A program made the position numbers and the translations under genes. Shown here one piece after another: positions 9,553 to 19,549 of a stretch of 50,120 nucleotides of DNA. The notes beneath the pieces are model-generated. The model did no database searches, had not been told where the DNA came from, and worked only from the letters and a program-made list of their open reading frames with translations. How positions within the stretch are numbered: position 1 is the first letter of the stretch; the number at the start of each line of letters is the position of its first letter. Origin of the DNA: an uncultured Chthoniobacterales bacterium (GTDB taxonomy: Bacteria > Verrucomicrobiota > Verrucomicrobiia > Chthoniobacterales > CALDSX01); NCBI GenBank assembly GCA_937924445.1, contig CALDSX010000003.1, positions 1-50,120 on the forward strand. The letters are read 5' to 3'.

Positions 9553-9640
9553 GTTGGTTGACTTATTGGTTGTGGCTTTGTTTGAAGTTTTTCGAGTAGG
9601 TTTAAATTGCTAGAGTCCGAATTAATTTGCGGAAACAAGT

Positions 9641-10993
9641 TCAGTGTTTTGTGCGCAAAAGCCTTTGCAGGTCAGGAGCCGCGGCCCCTGATGCCGAGAG
9701 GATCTTGCGTAGTTTACCGGTGTTCTTGAGCATTTTTCTCATTTGGTTCAATCGCTGAATAAGATCGTTCACCTGGGTGACGGAGGTTCCGCTTCCCTTT
9801 GCGATGCGTTGGCGTCGCTTGGCGTTGAGCAAACCGGGATTGCAGCGCTCCTCCGGAGTCATCGAAAGAACAATCGCTTCCTGGCGACGAACAAAACGTT
9901 CATCCATTGACGAAGCCCTAATATGGCTCATACCTGGTAGCATTCCAATGATATTTTCAAGAGGCCCTAATCTCCGCAGAAGTCGGATTTGCGAAAGGAA
10001 ATCGTTAAAATCGAACTCCGCTTTTCGTAGTCGTTCTTCAAGCCGACTGGCATCTTCTATTTCAATTTGGGCGGTGGCTTTCTCGACCAATGAGATAACG
10101 TCTCCCATTCCGAGAAGACGGCCTGCCATGCGGTTGGCGTGAAAAGACTCAAAAGCCTCCGGCAATTCACCCGTTCCCACGAATTTGATGGGACACCCGG
10201 TAACTGCGCGAAGTGAAAGAGCTGCGCCTCCACGTGCGTCGCCGTCGAGTTTTGTAAGAATGACACCGGTAATCCCAAGGGCGTTGTGAAAGCTTTCGGC
10301 AACTCGAACAGCCTGCTGGCCGGTGGCTGCGTCGAGAACGAGAAGAATTTCTTTTGGTCGAATAAAGTCGCGCAATTCAACGAGTTGATCCATCAGTTCG
10401 GAGTTGACTTCCTGGCGTCCGGCGGTGTCGTAAATTTCAATCCCCGGCCTTGTTTCCTGATGCCATTCTTTGGCGTTGCGAGCGACTCGGATCAGAGACG
10501 TCTCTCCAGGTGCGGGACAAAAAACCGGAACGCCGATCTGGTGCCCAAGAGAGGAGAGTTGATGCGCGGCGGCTGGCCGGTGGAGATCAAATGCCAGAAG
10601 AGCAGGATGTCTTCCTGCCTTTTTGAGGTGAAGGGCAAGTTTTGCTGCTGTCGTGGTTTTCCCCGCCCCGTTAAGACCGACAATCATAATCGTGGCAGGT
10701 TTTGACAAATCAAGCTGTGTAGGTGCTAAGCCACCGAGAATCGTCGTGAGTTCGTCGTGAAAAATTTTTATAAACTGCTGACCAGGTGTGACGCTTCGCA
10801 GAACCTCCTCGCCCAAAGCGCGCTCTTTGACCTTGGCAATAAGATCTTTTACAACCTCAAGGTTTGTGTCTGCTTCAAGTAGAGCAAGGCGGATTTCTCT
10901 GACTGCCTCGGAGATGTTGCTTTCGGATAGTTTGCCATAGCCACGCAGCGATTTTAGTGTCGTCTGAAGTCGGGAAGCGAGAGCGTCGAACAT
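9641..10993 (-). CDS. ffh: signal recognition particle protein Ffh
   Basis: 450 aa. SRP54 N domain, G domain (GLNGAGKTTTAAKLA, DTAGR, TKLDGDARGG) and a Met-rich M domain. Confidence 0.97.
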   Translation of the reverse strand: MFDALASRLQTTLKSLRGYGKLSESNISEAVREIRLALLEADTNLEVVKDLIAKVKERALGEEVLRSVTPGQQFIKIFHDELTTILGGLAPTQLDLSKPATIMIVGLNGAGKTTTAAKLALHLKKAGRHPALLAFDLHRPAAAHQLSSLGHQIGVPVFCPAPGETSLIRVARNAKEWHQETRPGIEIYDTAGRQEVNSELMDQLVELRDFIRPKEILLVLDAATGQQAVRVAESFHNALGITGVILTKLDGDARGGAALSLRAVTGCPIKFVGTGELPEAFESFHANRMAGRLLGMGDVISLVEKATAQIEIEDASRLEERLRKAEFDFNDFLSQIRLLRRLGPLENIIGMLPGMSHIRASSMDERFVRRQEAIVLSMTPEERCNPGLLNAKRRQRIAKGSGTSVTQVNDLIQRLNQMRKMLKNTGKLRKILSASGAAAPDLQRLLRTKH

Positions 10994-11050
10994 ATTTGCA
11001 AGGGCACAAGGTCAGGGTGAAGTCCGGTGAGAGAGGCTTACGTGGCAACG

Positions 11051-12238
11051 TTACGAACGAGTTTTCGAGGTGCCTTCATTCTCCGGGACAAGGGCGTCAA
11101 AAAGGAGTTTCCGGTCAATCACGAAGTCCCAGTCGCTTTGCAGTCGTTTCCCGCCACTCTTCACAGCCACCCGGGCAGTGTGCTGCGCCGCACGAAGACG
11201 ATCGCGGATCTTAAATGAGATAGTGTTCGTTGTTGGATCGTAAACGGCAGGCAACTTGCCAAATCCGCTCAGCCATAGCTCCGCGCTGCCGGGATCAATT
11301 TTTCCAAAGCCGTCCAGTTTGGCAGAGATCAATGGGCTGGGGTCGCCGATGTAGGCTCCAGCTGCCGGTTGTGTTTCCAAAACCACGCCAGGCAGGGTCA
11401 TCGAGCCACCAAAGTTAATTGCGGTTTTAAAGATCTCAGGCTTTCCGGACAGAACAACATAGCGTCCAAGTTCTTCATCTTTGCTGGCAGAGGTCAGCTT
11501 TTGTCCAACAACGGTAAACTGAAGTTTATACCCTACAGCGGACGCCACTTCTTGAACAGTCCTACTAAATCGTCCGTACGGGAAAGCAATGGCATAGACT
11601 GGCGCACCAGCTTTTTCCGAAATTATGCGCATGGAATCTGCTAATTCGTGGTGAAGCCAATTTCGGTATTCCTCGTCCGAACGACCTTTGCGAACATCGA
11701 GCGCTGAGTGGGAAACAGAGTGGCTCTGGATTGCCACGCCGGCCTGCTGCATTTCCCGAAGCTGCGCCCAAGTCATTGTTTTACCTCCTTTTTCCACGTA
11801 GTTGGTATAAACAAACATGACAAATGGCATTCCGTGCTTTCTTAGAATTGGCCACGCGACGTTGTAACAGGAAACATAGCCGTCATCTATAGTGATCAAT
11901 ACTGCATCTCCAGCGAGACGCAGGTTGCCTTGCCGCCAAGCAAGAAATTCTTCCAATGACAAAACTCTCAAACCGCGAGCTTTTATTTCAGAGAGCTGCG
12001 CGTCAAATTCACTGCTTGAAATCGCAAGGGGGTCACGCGGTGGATCCTCGAAACGATGATAGCCGAGAACCACGACGCGAGCGGTATCGGGCCGCGACAT
12101 TTCTTGGGAGAAAATCACCGTTTTGGGCAATATCCAAAGAAAAAATGTCGCTACCAACACAGCTAAACCATTCGCCGAATGAAAAATCGAAGAATGCAAA
12201 AGCGGAAATTGTAACTTAAAAAATGCAGGCAATTTCAT
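11051..12238 (-). CDS. polysaccharide deacetylase family protein (NodB homology domain) with an N-terminal TM helix and an extra C-terminal domain
   Basis: NodB-type motifs LITIDDGY, WPILRKHGMPFVMF and HSVSHSAL. Hydrophobic N-terminus LAVLVATFFLWIL. 395 aa. Confidence 0.8.
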   Translation of the reverse strand: MKLPAFFKLQFPLLHSSIFHSANGLAVLVATFFLWILPKTVIFSQEMSRPDTARVVVLGYHRFEDPPRDPLAISSSEFDAQLSEIKARGLRVLSLEEFLAWRQGNLRLAGDAVLITIDDGYVSCYNVAWPILRKHGMPFVMFVYTNYVEKGGKTMTWAQLREMQQAGVAIQSHSVSHSALDVRKGRSDEEYRNWLHHELADSMRIISEKAGAPVYAIAFPYGRFSRTVQEVASAVGYKLQFTVVGQKLTSASKDEELGRYVVLSGKPEIFKTAINFGGSMTLPGVVLETQPAAGAYIGDPSPLISAKLDGFGKIDPGSAELWLSGFGKLPAVYDPTTNTISFKIRDRLRAAQHTARVAVKSGGKRLQSDWDFVIDRKLLFDALVPENEGTSKTRS

Positions 12239-12423
12239 AAGACCAAAGAAACCGGAACGGCTTAGGTGTCAAATCCCGGTATTTCCGCCGCTGAAATTTT
12301 GTTGGCCAGAGGTTTTGAGTCTCAGCTTTGACCGTGCGCTCTTTTTGTCCCTCCTGGCTGGTTTGAGGTTAGATATCTGGTGTGACAACGCTCGGGAGAC
12401 CTTCGATGAGGCTTTTTTGTAGT

Positions 12424-13209
12424 TTAAGGCAGGTTAAGTGGGCGCTCTCTGTGGCGCACCAGCAGTCTGACCAGGCGAGCCGCCTTGAGGTAGCGGGGCA
12501 TAAATCGCCTGGGATCTGCAAGACATCTCACCAGCCAACCCAGATAGAAGGCATCTGCCCAGAGCGGCACGCCTGGCTGATCACCAGTCAGAAATCCGAT
12601 CGCCCCGCCAATGCAATGAATGCAAAAACGCTTCCCAAACCTCCTCCGCGCTCCGAGCCCAAGGCGTTCTTGAACGCCACCGCCTAGCGCTATTATGATG
12701 TGACGTTTGCCATTGCCCTTCTTGATACTATCTTGCAAAAAAATCTCTAGATCAGGGTCGCGCAGAGGGCCTGACTTTGGATACGTGGGAGCAAGGTAGC
12801 ATTCTTCCATTTCTGTTCTCAACCCTATGGCGTTGAGCCAGCGAAGATTGACATCCCGACTTTTTTCCGAGGGCATTACCCAAAGCGCGCCACCCTGTGC
12901 GCGGAATCGCGGATGACGGACCAGCGCATTCATATAACGCAAACCAGAGAGCCGGCGTAGCTCTGTTTTCGGCGAAAGAATGCGCCAGAGCGCCACCATT
13001 AGGCCGCTATCAGGGAGAAGTATGTCAGCACACTCGAGTGCTTCTCGGGTGGCCGGATCGTCCGCCGCGGCGCAAAGCACCGGCGCGGAGGGCACTGCCA
13101 CAAGGCCCCCCTCAAAAGATCTTTCAATCGCTTCAGAAAGATAGCCAATGAAAAAATCAAATCCAAGAATGCGCTCGGTCTGCTTTTGGGGCCCAGTTTT
13201 TCGCATCAC
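12424..13209 (-). CDS. WecB/TagA/CpsF family glycosyltransferase
   Basis: 261 aa. The C-terminal part fits the family pattern (IIIALGGGVQERL, HCIGGAIGFLTGDQPGVPLWADAFYLGWLVRCLADPRRFMPRYL). 4-nt overlap with the upstream GT2. Confidence 0.75.
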   Translation of the reverse strand: MMRKTGPQKQTERILGFDFFIGYLSEAIERSFEGGLVAVPSAPVLCAAADDPATREALECADILLPDSGLMVALWRILSPKTELRRLSGLRYMNALVRHPRFRAQGGALWVMPSEKSRDVNLRWLNAIGLRTEMEECYLAPTYPKSGPLRDPDLEIFLQDSIKKGNGKRHIIIALGGGVQERLGLGARRRFGKRFCIHCIGGAIGFLTGDQPGVPLWADAFYLGWLVRCLADPRRFMPRYLKAARLVRLLVRHRERPLNLP

Positions 13210-14069
13210 TCTGGAGGGGTTGTTGTGTATCGGGCGCGGGCGCGTTTCAGCTCTGCAGTCTTCGCCACGCTTAAAAACTCATAAAACCCGTGCAGCCGTG
13301 CGAAGTACCAACCCTCCACACCGTCGAGAAAGCCACGCTGCCAAATGTAAACGTAAAGAAATCGCAGCAGCGGCCGGAATGGCATCCGAGAGGCAAGCGA
13401 TTTAAGTCGGCGCCTTTTGGTCACCATGCCGTGCTGCAAATGCCCCCCCTCTATCGTTCCGAGCGCGACGCGTGCTTCCCAATTCGAATAACGGTTATGT
13501 TTTTCAACAAAAATTTCCACCGTGGGGAATGCAAAATGGTCCATTTCAACTTCAAGCCTCCCTGTGGGGCCATTCACAACCACATGTTCGTGCACCTCGT
13601 TATCGCCACTTTCCGTCGCTTGGTCGGTTATTTTTTCATAGCGTCCGAGCCGGTATTTGAAAAGTCTGAGGTTCCAATTTGGATAATAGGCATGCCTGAG
13701 CCAGCGGCCCATAAAATAGAAGCGACGGTTAATCCAGTAACCAACACAGCCGCGCCCATCAGCGGCGATCACCTCGCGAAATTCCTCTTTCGCCTCTGGT
13801 GGAAGCACCTCGTCCGCGTCAAGAATGAACACCCATTCGTTGCGTATCGGAATATTTTCCAGTGCCCAATTCTTCTTTTTGGGCCATTTGCCATTAAAAT
13901 CAAACTGAACAACCTCTGCCCCGCATGAGCGAGCGATTTCTACAGTGCCGTCGGTGCTGTGCGAATCCACCACAATGATCTCATCCGCCCAGTGGACTGA
14001 GGCGAGAGCCCGCGGCAGATTGTTTGCCTCGTTACGAGTGGGGACCAGGATGGAAACGGGCACTTTCAC
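13206..14069 (-). CDS. glycosyltransferase family 2
   Basis: VSILVPTRNEANNLPRAL, VVDSHSTDGT and DxD motif ILDADE. 287 aa. Confidence 0.9.
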   Translation of the reverse strand: MKVPVSILVPTRNEANNLPRALASVHWADEIIVVDSHSTDGTVEIARSCGAEVVQFDFNGKWPKKKNWALENIPIRNEWVFILDADEVLPPEAKEEFREVIAADGRGCVGYWINRRFYFMGRWLRHAYYPNWNLRLFKYRLGRYEKITDQATESGDNEVHEHVVVNGPTGRLEVEMDHFAFPTVEIFVEKHNRYSNWEARVALGTIEGGHLQHGMVTKRRRLKSLASRMPFRPLLRFLYVYIWQRGFLDGVEGWYFARLHGFYEFLSVAKTAELKRARARYTTTPPE

Positions 14070-14647
14070 GCATTTGCCTCATTATTACTCGAGACGGTCT
14101 TCGTCTCTTTCAGTCGAGCTGGATTGCCTACAACCACGCACCGGGGCGGCACGTCACGGGTGACCACTGCACATGCTCCCACCGTTGTTTCTTCGCCAAT
14201 ATGCACTCCTGGCAACACAAATGCACGTGCGCCAACAAAGGCGCGTCGTCCCACCCGGATCGGGGCGGTCACCAGCGGCCAGCCTGGCTGTTCCCTTGAA
14301 TGGGTGCCCGTGCACAGATACGCTTCTTGGGCAACGATACATTCTGCTCCGAGATATATGCGGCCCAGGCTGTAGAGATTTGCCCGGTCACCCACACAGG
14401 CACCGTCCGCCATCTCCACATTCCATGGCTTCTGAATGCGGGCACGCGAGTGTACAAAGCATTTTTGCCCGATCTTCATTCCAAACCGACGCAGTAAAAA
14501 AACACGCCAGCCGTTAAACGGTTTCGGAGTCCACCCACAAAGTGTAGGCCATAGGACCTGCCAGAGCAATAAAGCCATGCGTTCACGAATATCCCATGGG
14601 CTTGCACCGTAGGCGCTTCTCTCGTGTCTAATGGTTTCTTCGATCAT
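14066..14647 (-). CDS. hexapeptide-repeat O-acetyltransferase (WcaF-like)
   Basis: Left-handed beta-helix repeats (IGEETTVGACAVVTRDVPPRCVVVGNPA). 193 aa. 4-nt overlaps with both neighbouring genes. Confidence 0.85.
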   Translation of the reverse strand: MIEETIRHERSAYGASPWDIRERMALLLWQVLWPTLCGWTPKPFNGWRVFLLRRFGMKIGQKCFVHSRARIQKPWNVEMADGACVGDRANLYSLGRIYLGAECIVAQEAYLCTGTHSREQPGWPLVTAPIRVGRRAFVGARAFVLPGVHIGEETTVGACAVVTRDVPPRCVVVGNPARLKETKTVSSNNEANA

Positions 14648-15711
14648 TTGGGAGTGATTTGAAACTCTGCCCAGAAGTCACGCCAAAGCTCCATTATCGC
14701 ACCGGGCGAGAGATATTCCTCCACCCATCGTTTCCCTCTCAAACCCATCTCTCGAAGCCGCAGCGGCGGCGTGGCGAGTGCCTCGCGGAGGGCTCTCACG
14801 AATTCATCGAAATGGAGATCGGTCCACCAACCGCACTCCTCCTTTTCAATCACACCCCACGGAGCTCCCTTTGTGGTCACCACCGGAGTACCGGAGGCAA
14901 GCGCCTCCCCGATCACGTTGCCGAAATTTTCCGACAACGTCGGCAGGACAAACAGTTCCGCTTTTACCATTTCGATAGCCAAGCCCCTGCGCTCAAGAAA
15001 CCCGGCGCTCAGTGCCACACCTTCCTTCTCCAGTTCACTTAGGCGGAATAGTGCTTCTCGACCGTACCTATCCACTGGCGGAGGCGCTGCCACGACGAGT
15101 ATCCAGTCCTTGTGGAGGAGGTGATTTTGTTCCCACCAGCGGATTAGGTCGAGGGCTCTTTTTTTCGGGTGCAAACGCGAAGCAAAGAGCATCCGCATTT
15201 TTGTATTACCCCTCTCCTTCACCGCTTCCGGTTCAACAAGAGGAAGATCTACTAAGTTGGGAATAACCCGGATGTTGGCTTTGGGAAAATGGTTCTTGAG
15301 ATTGCTCTTTTCCATCGGGCTGGTTGCATGGATAACTTTTGCACCCGCTAAAATACGGTCTTGATAAACCAAACGGGCCAGACGTTTGAGAGCAGGGCGT
15401 CGCGTGAGGATGTATGGCTCGAACATTCCATGAGGGCTCACGGCGTAAGGGATTCCGCGGCGAACAACAGCCAGCCAGGCGCGAAAATGGAATGGATGCC
15501 AGATGGCGGCCAAATGCGCCGCCTCCACGCGATTCCATGGAATCGTGCGCGATGTGATGAAAGCCGATTCTACCCCTTCTATTCCGTCGAATCGTCGCGC
15601 CCAGAGCATCGTATGCAGCCCTAGCCGTCGCATGAGATGAATTTGGTCGCGGACGGCACTAAAAGTTCCGCCTGTTTCGGGCACATGGTCCGGTGTGCAA
15701 AGTAGGATCAT
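14644..15711 (-). CDS. glycosyltransferase family 4 (GT-B)
   Basis: 355 aa. C-terminal GT1/GT4 signature LPTLSENFGNVIGEALASGTPVVTT. Confidence 0.85.
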   Translation of the reverse strand: MILLCTPDHVPETGGTFSAVRDQIHLMRRLGLHTMLWARRFDGIEGVESAFITSRTIPWNRVEAAHLAAIWHPFHFRAWLAVVRRGIPYAVSPHGMFEPYILTRRPALKRLARLVYQDRILAGAKVIHATSPMEKSNLKNHFPKANIRVIPNLVDLPLVEPEAVKERGNTKMRMLFASRLHPKKRALDLIRWWEQNHLLHKDWILVVAAPPPVDRYGREALFRLSELEKEGVALSAGFLERRGLAIEMVKAELFVLPTLSENFGNVIGEALASGTPVVTTKGAPWGVIEKEECGWWTDLHFDEFVRALREALATPPLRLREMGLRGKRWVEEYLSPGAIMELWRDFWAEFQITPK

Positions 15712-16874
15712 CTCAAAGCAGCCTGAAGAATTTCATAATAAAAATCAAGATACTCTGTCGCACACCGTTTCCAGGAAAACATGGTGGACTTCTTTGCCTG
15801 CTGAATCGCCAGGCGCTTCCGCTCTTCCTCATCCATCCGAAGAAATTTCATGGCTGCACTCGCAAACGCATCATCTTCGACATCTGCACTATCGAGCACG
15901 ACTGAGAGGGGTCCTTTCACCACCTCTCTCAGAGATCCGCCCTTCGAGCAGACAACCGGGCATCCGCAAGCCATGGCCTCAAGAGGGGGCCATCCGAACC
16001 CTTCCACCTCGGAAGGGAAAAGAAGCACCCCACTTGCGCGATAAAGTGCCGCCATCTCCTCATCAGTCACACGGCTCAATGAAAAAATCGCATCTTCAAT
16101 CCCTAATCTGCGTGCTAGTTGACGCTTGTCCCTGTCAAGAGGCTCGCCTACTAAAACCAGCTTTACCACAGGCTGACCTTGCCTGATCCTCGCGAAAATG
16201 CGCAACACCCGATCGCGCCTTTTGTACCACGCACCACTACCCACGTGCAACACGGTATTCGCCGGCAAATGATAGCAGTCGCCTTCCATGGTGAAAACGG
16301 GATTTATCCCAAGATAAATTCTTCTCGGTAAACCATGCTGCGGACAACCGATCAAACGTAAAAAATCATTTCTTGTCGCATCTGAATCGCAGGCAATATA
16401 GGGTGCCCGAGCAAGCGACCGCGCAATTCGGGCCTGCAAAATGGCCCCGGTGAATCGCGGGAGCTGTTGCGGTCCAAACTCTCCTCGTGCCGACCTCACC
16501 GCTATGAGATCATGACACGTCACCAGCCAGGGTAACCGTCTGCAAAGCGCTCCATAGACAGCGTTGGAGTGATCTAAGATATGCACTAGCCCTGGGCCGA
16601 CCTCAAGGAATTGCACAATGGCTGCCGAAAGCCTTCGCGGAAAGAGAATGAATTTGTCCACGTAACCCAACAACTTTCTTGCCTCGCCCGCAGAAAGGCC
16701 AACCGGAGGACGGTTAAGTAGCGCTGGCGGAGCGATTCGATTGACTTCAACGCCCGCATTTTCCAATTCGGCGGTCAACTCACGCCCGAATCGGAGCATG
16801 CTTTCCTGGCGGTCCGGAGCGTAGTTGCCTACCACTAGCACACGGCAAGCTTTCTTTTCCAACTCCCGCGCCAT
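15708..16874 (-). CDS. glycosyltransferase family 4 (GT-B)
   Basis: Signature FPSEVEGFGWPPLEAMACGCPVVCS. Start set at ATG 16874, which overlaps the stop of the upstream gene (TGATG). The longer ORF-track extension to 17045 lies inside that gene. Confidence 0.85.
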   Translation of the reverse strand: MARELEKKACRVLVVGNYAPDRQESMLRFGRELTAELENAGVEVNRIAPPALLNRPPVGLSAGEARKLLGYVDKFILFPRRLSAAIVQFLEVGPGLVHILDHSNAVYGALCRRLPWLVTCHDLIAVRSARGEFGPQQLPRFTGAILQARIARSLARAPYIACDSDATRNDFLRLIGCPQHGLPRRIYLGINPVFTMEGDCYHLPANTVLHVGSGAWYKRRDRVLRIFARIRQGQPVVKLVLVGEPLDRDKRQLARRLGIEDAIFSLSRVTDEEMAALYRASGVLLFPSEVEGFGWPPLEAMACGCPVVCSKGGSLREVVKGPLSVVLDSADVEDDAFASAAMKFLRMDEEERKRLAIQQAKKSTMFSWKRCATEYLDFYYEILQAALR

Positions 16875-17854
16875 CAGGGGGTCACGACGTTTATCGGTTT
16901 TCCAGAAAGAAACGCTTCGATATTTGTCACCAGGGTATCCATGAGCCGTTGGCGGGCTTCGATACTCGACCAAGCAAGATGGGGAGTGATCACGCTGCGC
17001 GGTGCGCCAATGAGCGGGTTTGTGGCATCTGGGGGTTCTTTGCAAAGCACATCGGCTGCAAAGCCCCCCAATCTCCCCGCATGCAAAGCCGCAGCGACAT
17101 CCGTTTCAACCACAAGCGGTCCTCGCCCAGTATTGATGAGATAAGCCCCCGGCTTCATCCGGGCCAAAGTAAGGGCATTGATCATGCCAGTCGTGCCCGA
17201 CGTTAATGGACAATGCAAGCTGACAACATCCGCTCTCTCCAAAACTTTCTCAAATGCCTCCCATTCCACTTCGGCAAATTCAACTCTCCTAGAGCGAGAA
17301 AAGGCCAGAACCCGCATCCCCAACGCGAGAGCAACCCGTGCCACGGCAGATCCAATCTCCCCAAAGCCGATCACTCCAAATGTTTTGCCGTGTAACTCAC
17401 GCCATGGCCCCAATGTGAAACTGAAGTCCGGGCAACGCACCCAAGCCCCCTGCCGAACGGCCTGGGCTGTTTCGCCGGATCGCCCAACCAGCTCGAAGAG
17501 CAACGCAAAAACCGTCTGCACAACTGACGGGGCGGAATACCTCGGCACGTTTGTCACAACGATTCCACGTTCTCTAGCAGCGGAAAGATCCACGTTGTTG
17601 ACCCCCGTCGCCATCACTCCCACATACCGCAAAAATGGTGCCTTCAGAAGAATGTCACGCGACAAAAGCACCTTGTTAGTTAGCACAATCTCCGCCTCAC
17701 CTATGCGCTCTAGCACGTCAATGGGGGGCGTCCGCTCATACAGCTGCAAGTCACCCAGCGCACCCAGACGATGCCACGAAGGGTGGTCTGGAGACATTTC
17801 ACCCGGAGCCAGAGGGCTGAGTGTGTGTGCATCCAGAACAACGACCTTCATCAT
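16874..17854 (-). CDS. D-isomer-specific 2-hydroxyacid dehydrogenase (glycerate/hydroxypyruvate reductase-like)
   Basis: 326 aa. NAD-binding GVIGFGEIGSAVARVA, catalytic-region motifs INTGRGPLV and TPHLAWSS. Confidence 0.9.
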   Translation of the reverse strand: MMKVVVLDAHTLSPLAPGEMSPDHPSWHRLGALGDLQLYERTPPIDVLERIGEAEIVLTNKVLLSRDILLKAPFLRYVGVMATGVNNVDLSAARERGIVVTNVPRYSAPSVVQTVFALLFELVGRSGETAQAVRQGAWVRCPDFSFTLGPWRELHGKTFGVIGFGEIGSAVARVALALGMRVLAFSRSRRVEFAEVEWEAFEKVLERADVVSLHCPLTSGTTGMINALTLARMKPGAYLINTGRGPLVVETDVAAALHAGRLGGFAADVLCKEPPDATNPLIGAPRSVITPHLAWSSIEARQRLMDTLVTNIEAFLSGKPINVVTP

Positions 17855-17902
17855 TCGAAAAACAGAATCACCGAGGGAGCGAACAAGTTCCGAAAGAAAT
17901 AC

Positions 17903-18553
17903 TCAGAAATTCCACATTTTACCCTGTTTCGCATCGGCAAAAACTTGGTTGCTGAGAAGATAACTTATCGGCGGATTGGGTAACCTACTGTCATCCAATA
18001 CAGGTAAGCTTGCTCCAATCGTGTTATCCCAGGGCTGCGAGGCGGCTATGTGAATAGGAGTTCCATTACGGATAAGTTCAAAAGTTTTCTTGGCCGATTT
18101 GAGCGGCATCCGCACGCAACCCATAGTGCTTGGGTACGGTTTGATAAACCCCCAGTGCAGTCCGTAAGCCGGTTTAAACTCCATCCAATAAGGCATGGGA
18201 TATCCTGCGCCAGGAGAACTCGCCCGGCGGCGGGTGGCCTGTTTCGAGTAGATCGTGTAACGGCCATGAGGAGTGGGGCTGCTGGGTTTGCCAACTGACA
18301 CTGGCGTGGCCAACAAAACATCGTTTCCCTCGACAACATAAAGCCGCTGTGCTCGGGTGCTGAGCTTGAGTTCCACTTTTGCCGGATTAATCGGCTGACG
18401 CTTAACTTCCGGATCGAAGCTAAAGGAATTTTGTGGCTGAGGTTTGATAGTGGCACATGCGCTCAGAAAAAGAGAGGCGATCAACGCAAAAAGACGCAGG
18501 GAACGTATAAACCGTTTTGAGAGGGTTCTGTGTGCGGAAGAAGTCGAAGCCAT
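17903..18553 (-). CDS. L,D-transpeptidase family lipoprotein (YkuD domain)
   Basis: YkuD active-site stretch GLHWGFIKPYPSTMGCVRM. Lipoprotein-type signal LFALIASLFLSAC. Start uncertain: ATG 18553 chosen; 18574 and 18634 are in-frame alternatives. Confidence 0.85.
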   Translation of the reverse strand: MASTSSAHRTLSKRFIRSLRLFALIASLFLSACATIKPQPQNSFSFDPEVKRQPINPAKVELKLSTRAQRLYVVEGNDVLLATPVSVGKPSSPTPHGRYTIYSKQATRRRASSPGAGYPMPYWMEFKPAYGLHWGFIKPYPSTMGCVRMPLKSAKKTFELIRNGTPIHIAASQPWDNTIGASLPVLDDSRLPNPPISYLLSNQVFADAKQGKMWNF

Positions 18554-18994
18554 AGTGCAATCTGCTTTAGGCATATTGGCAGTGTCGAGATTTTTTGCAA
18601 GCACATTGGGTTTGCCTGCATGAGCCTCGCGCAACCGTGTGACGAGAGGTGCCTTCGGCCGTTAAGTTGCAACGCTGCTTGCCAACATAAACACTGAAGG
18701 CGTCGCAACACGTCAACTCAAACGTTCAACTCGAACAATTCCCACACGGTCCAATCTTTCATTTAGCTTGATGCTTGCCCGTGGGTGAAATTTTGGCTGT
18801 GTCAACATGAATATGGACGAGCGCGAAAGCTTTTTACTTGTGGACACTAAACGAAAATTACCTGAGCACTCCGCTAAAATTTTTGCCGGTAAAGCTTTTT
18901 GCTGTTTGGCTCGGAGTTCTGTTTTTTAGCTTGGCGGATCGTCTCCTGGGGTAAGCCGCCCTGCTGCAGGTGGGTATTTAGGCCTTGGCATGCT

Positions 18995-19411
18995 TTAGGC
19001 GACCCGCACTCTTTTTTGGCTGGCCTTGTTTATCGTCTTCTTCGTCCTGCTACTAGCGGAAACCTTATTCTTTCCTTTGTCCGAGGTTTTTGCATTACCG
19101 TCCTCGCGAGGAATCTGTTTGCTCAGCTTGAGCAGTTTTGCCTTCAAATCGCGCCCAGGGTTAAATTTAATCTTATATCTGTGCGGGATAGGAATGTCTT
19201 TTTTGGGGTCAAGAGGATTACGCCCGACGCGAGGTTTGCAAAGGATATGAGTAAAAGACCCCAGTCCGCGTATCTCAACCCCGCAGCCGCTTGCCAGGCT
19301 GGAGAAGATTTTTTGAATGACGATATCGAGCACTTGGTCACCTTCGCGCACCCCAAGGCCGGTTTGATTGTTAATCTCCTCGATAATTTCACGACGCGTC
19401 AGTTTGGTCAT
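18995..19411 (-). CDS. IHF/HU family DNA-binding protein with a Lys/Ser-rich C-terminal tail
   Basis: From ATG 19411: MTKLTRREIIEEI...VEIRGLGSF...RVGRNPLDPKKDIPIPHRYKIKFNPGRDLK matches the IHF/HU fold pattern. This is followed by about 45 aa of K/S/N-rich tail. Confidence 0.85.
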   Translation of the reverse strand: MTKLTRREIIEEINNQTGLGVREGDQVLDIVIQKIFSSLASGCGVEIRGLGSFTHILCKPRVGRNPLDPKKDIPIPHRYKIKFNPGRDLKAKLLKLSKQIPREDGNAKTSDKGKNKVSASSRTKKTINKASQKRVRVA

Positions 19412-19516
19412 AGTCAGCAAGTTGAAGTTCTTTATCCTTAACTTGAATATTCTTCGATGCGAACACTTGTTAAGGCAAGTGGTTGTTGGAAAAGAGGATT
19501 GTTTGGAAAACATCCA

Positions 19517-19549
19517 CCCCTATCCTGCCGGTTGAGGCAAGGATAGGGG
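19517..19549 (-). terminator. strong hairpin downstream of ilvC
   Basis: CCCCTATCCTGCC-ggttga-GGCAAGGATAGGGG (13-bp stem with one bulge). On the minus strand it is followed by TGGATGTTTTCC. It lies about 150 nt after the ilvC stop. Confidence 0.4.

Noticed and set aside
16875-17045. N-terminal extension of the second GT4 ORF (15708..17045)
   Set aside because: It lies entirely inside the 2-hydroxyacid dehydrogenase gene. ATG 16874 gives a clean TGATG stop/start overlap and a normal GT4 N-terminus.
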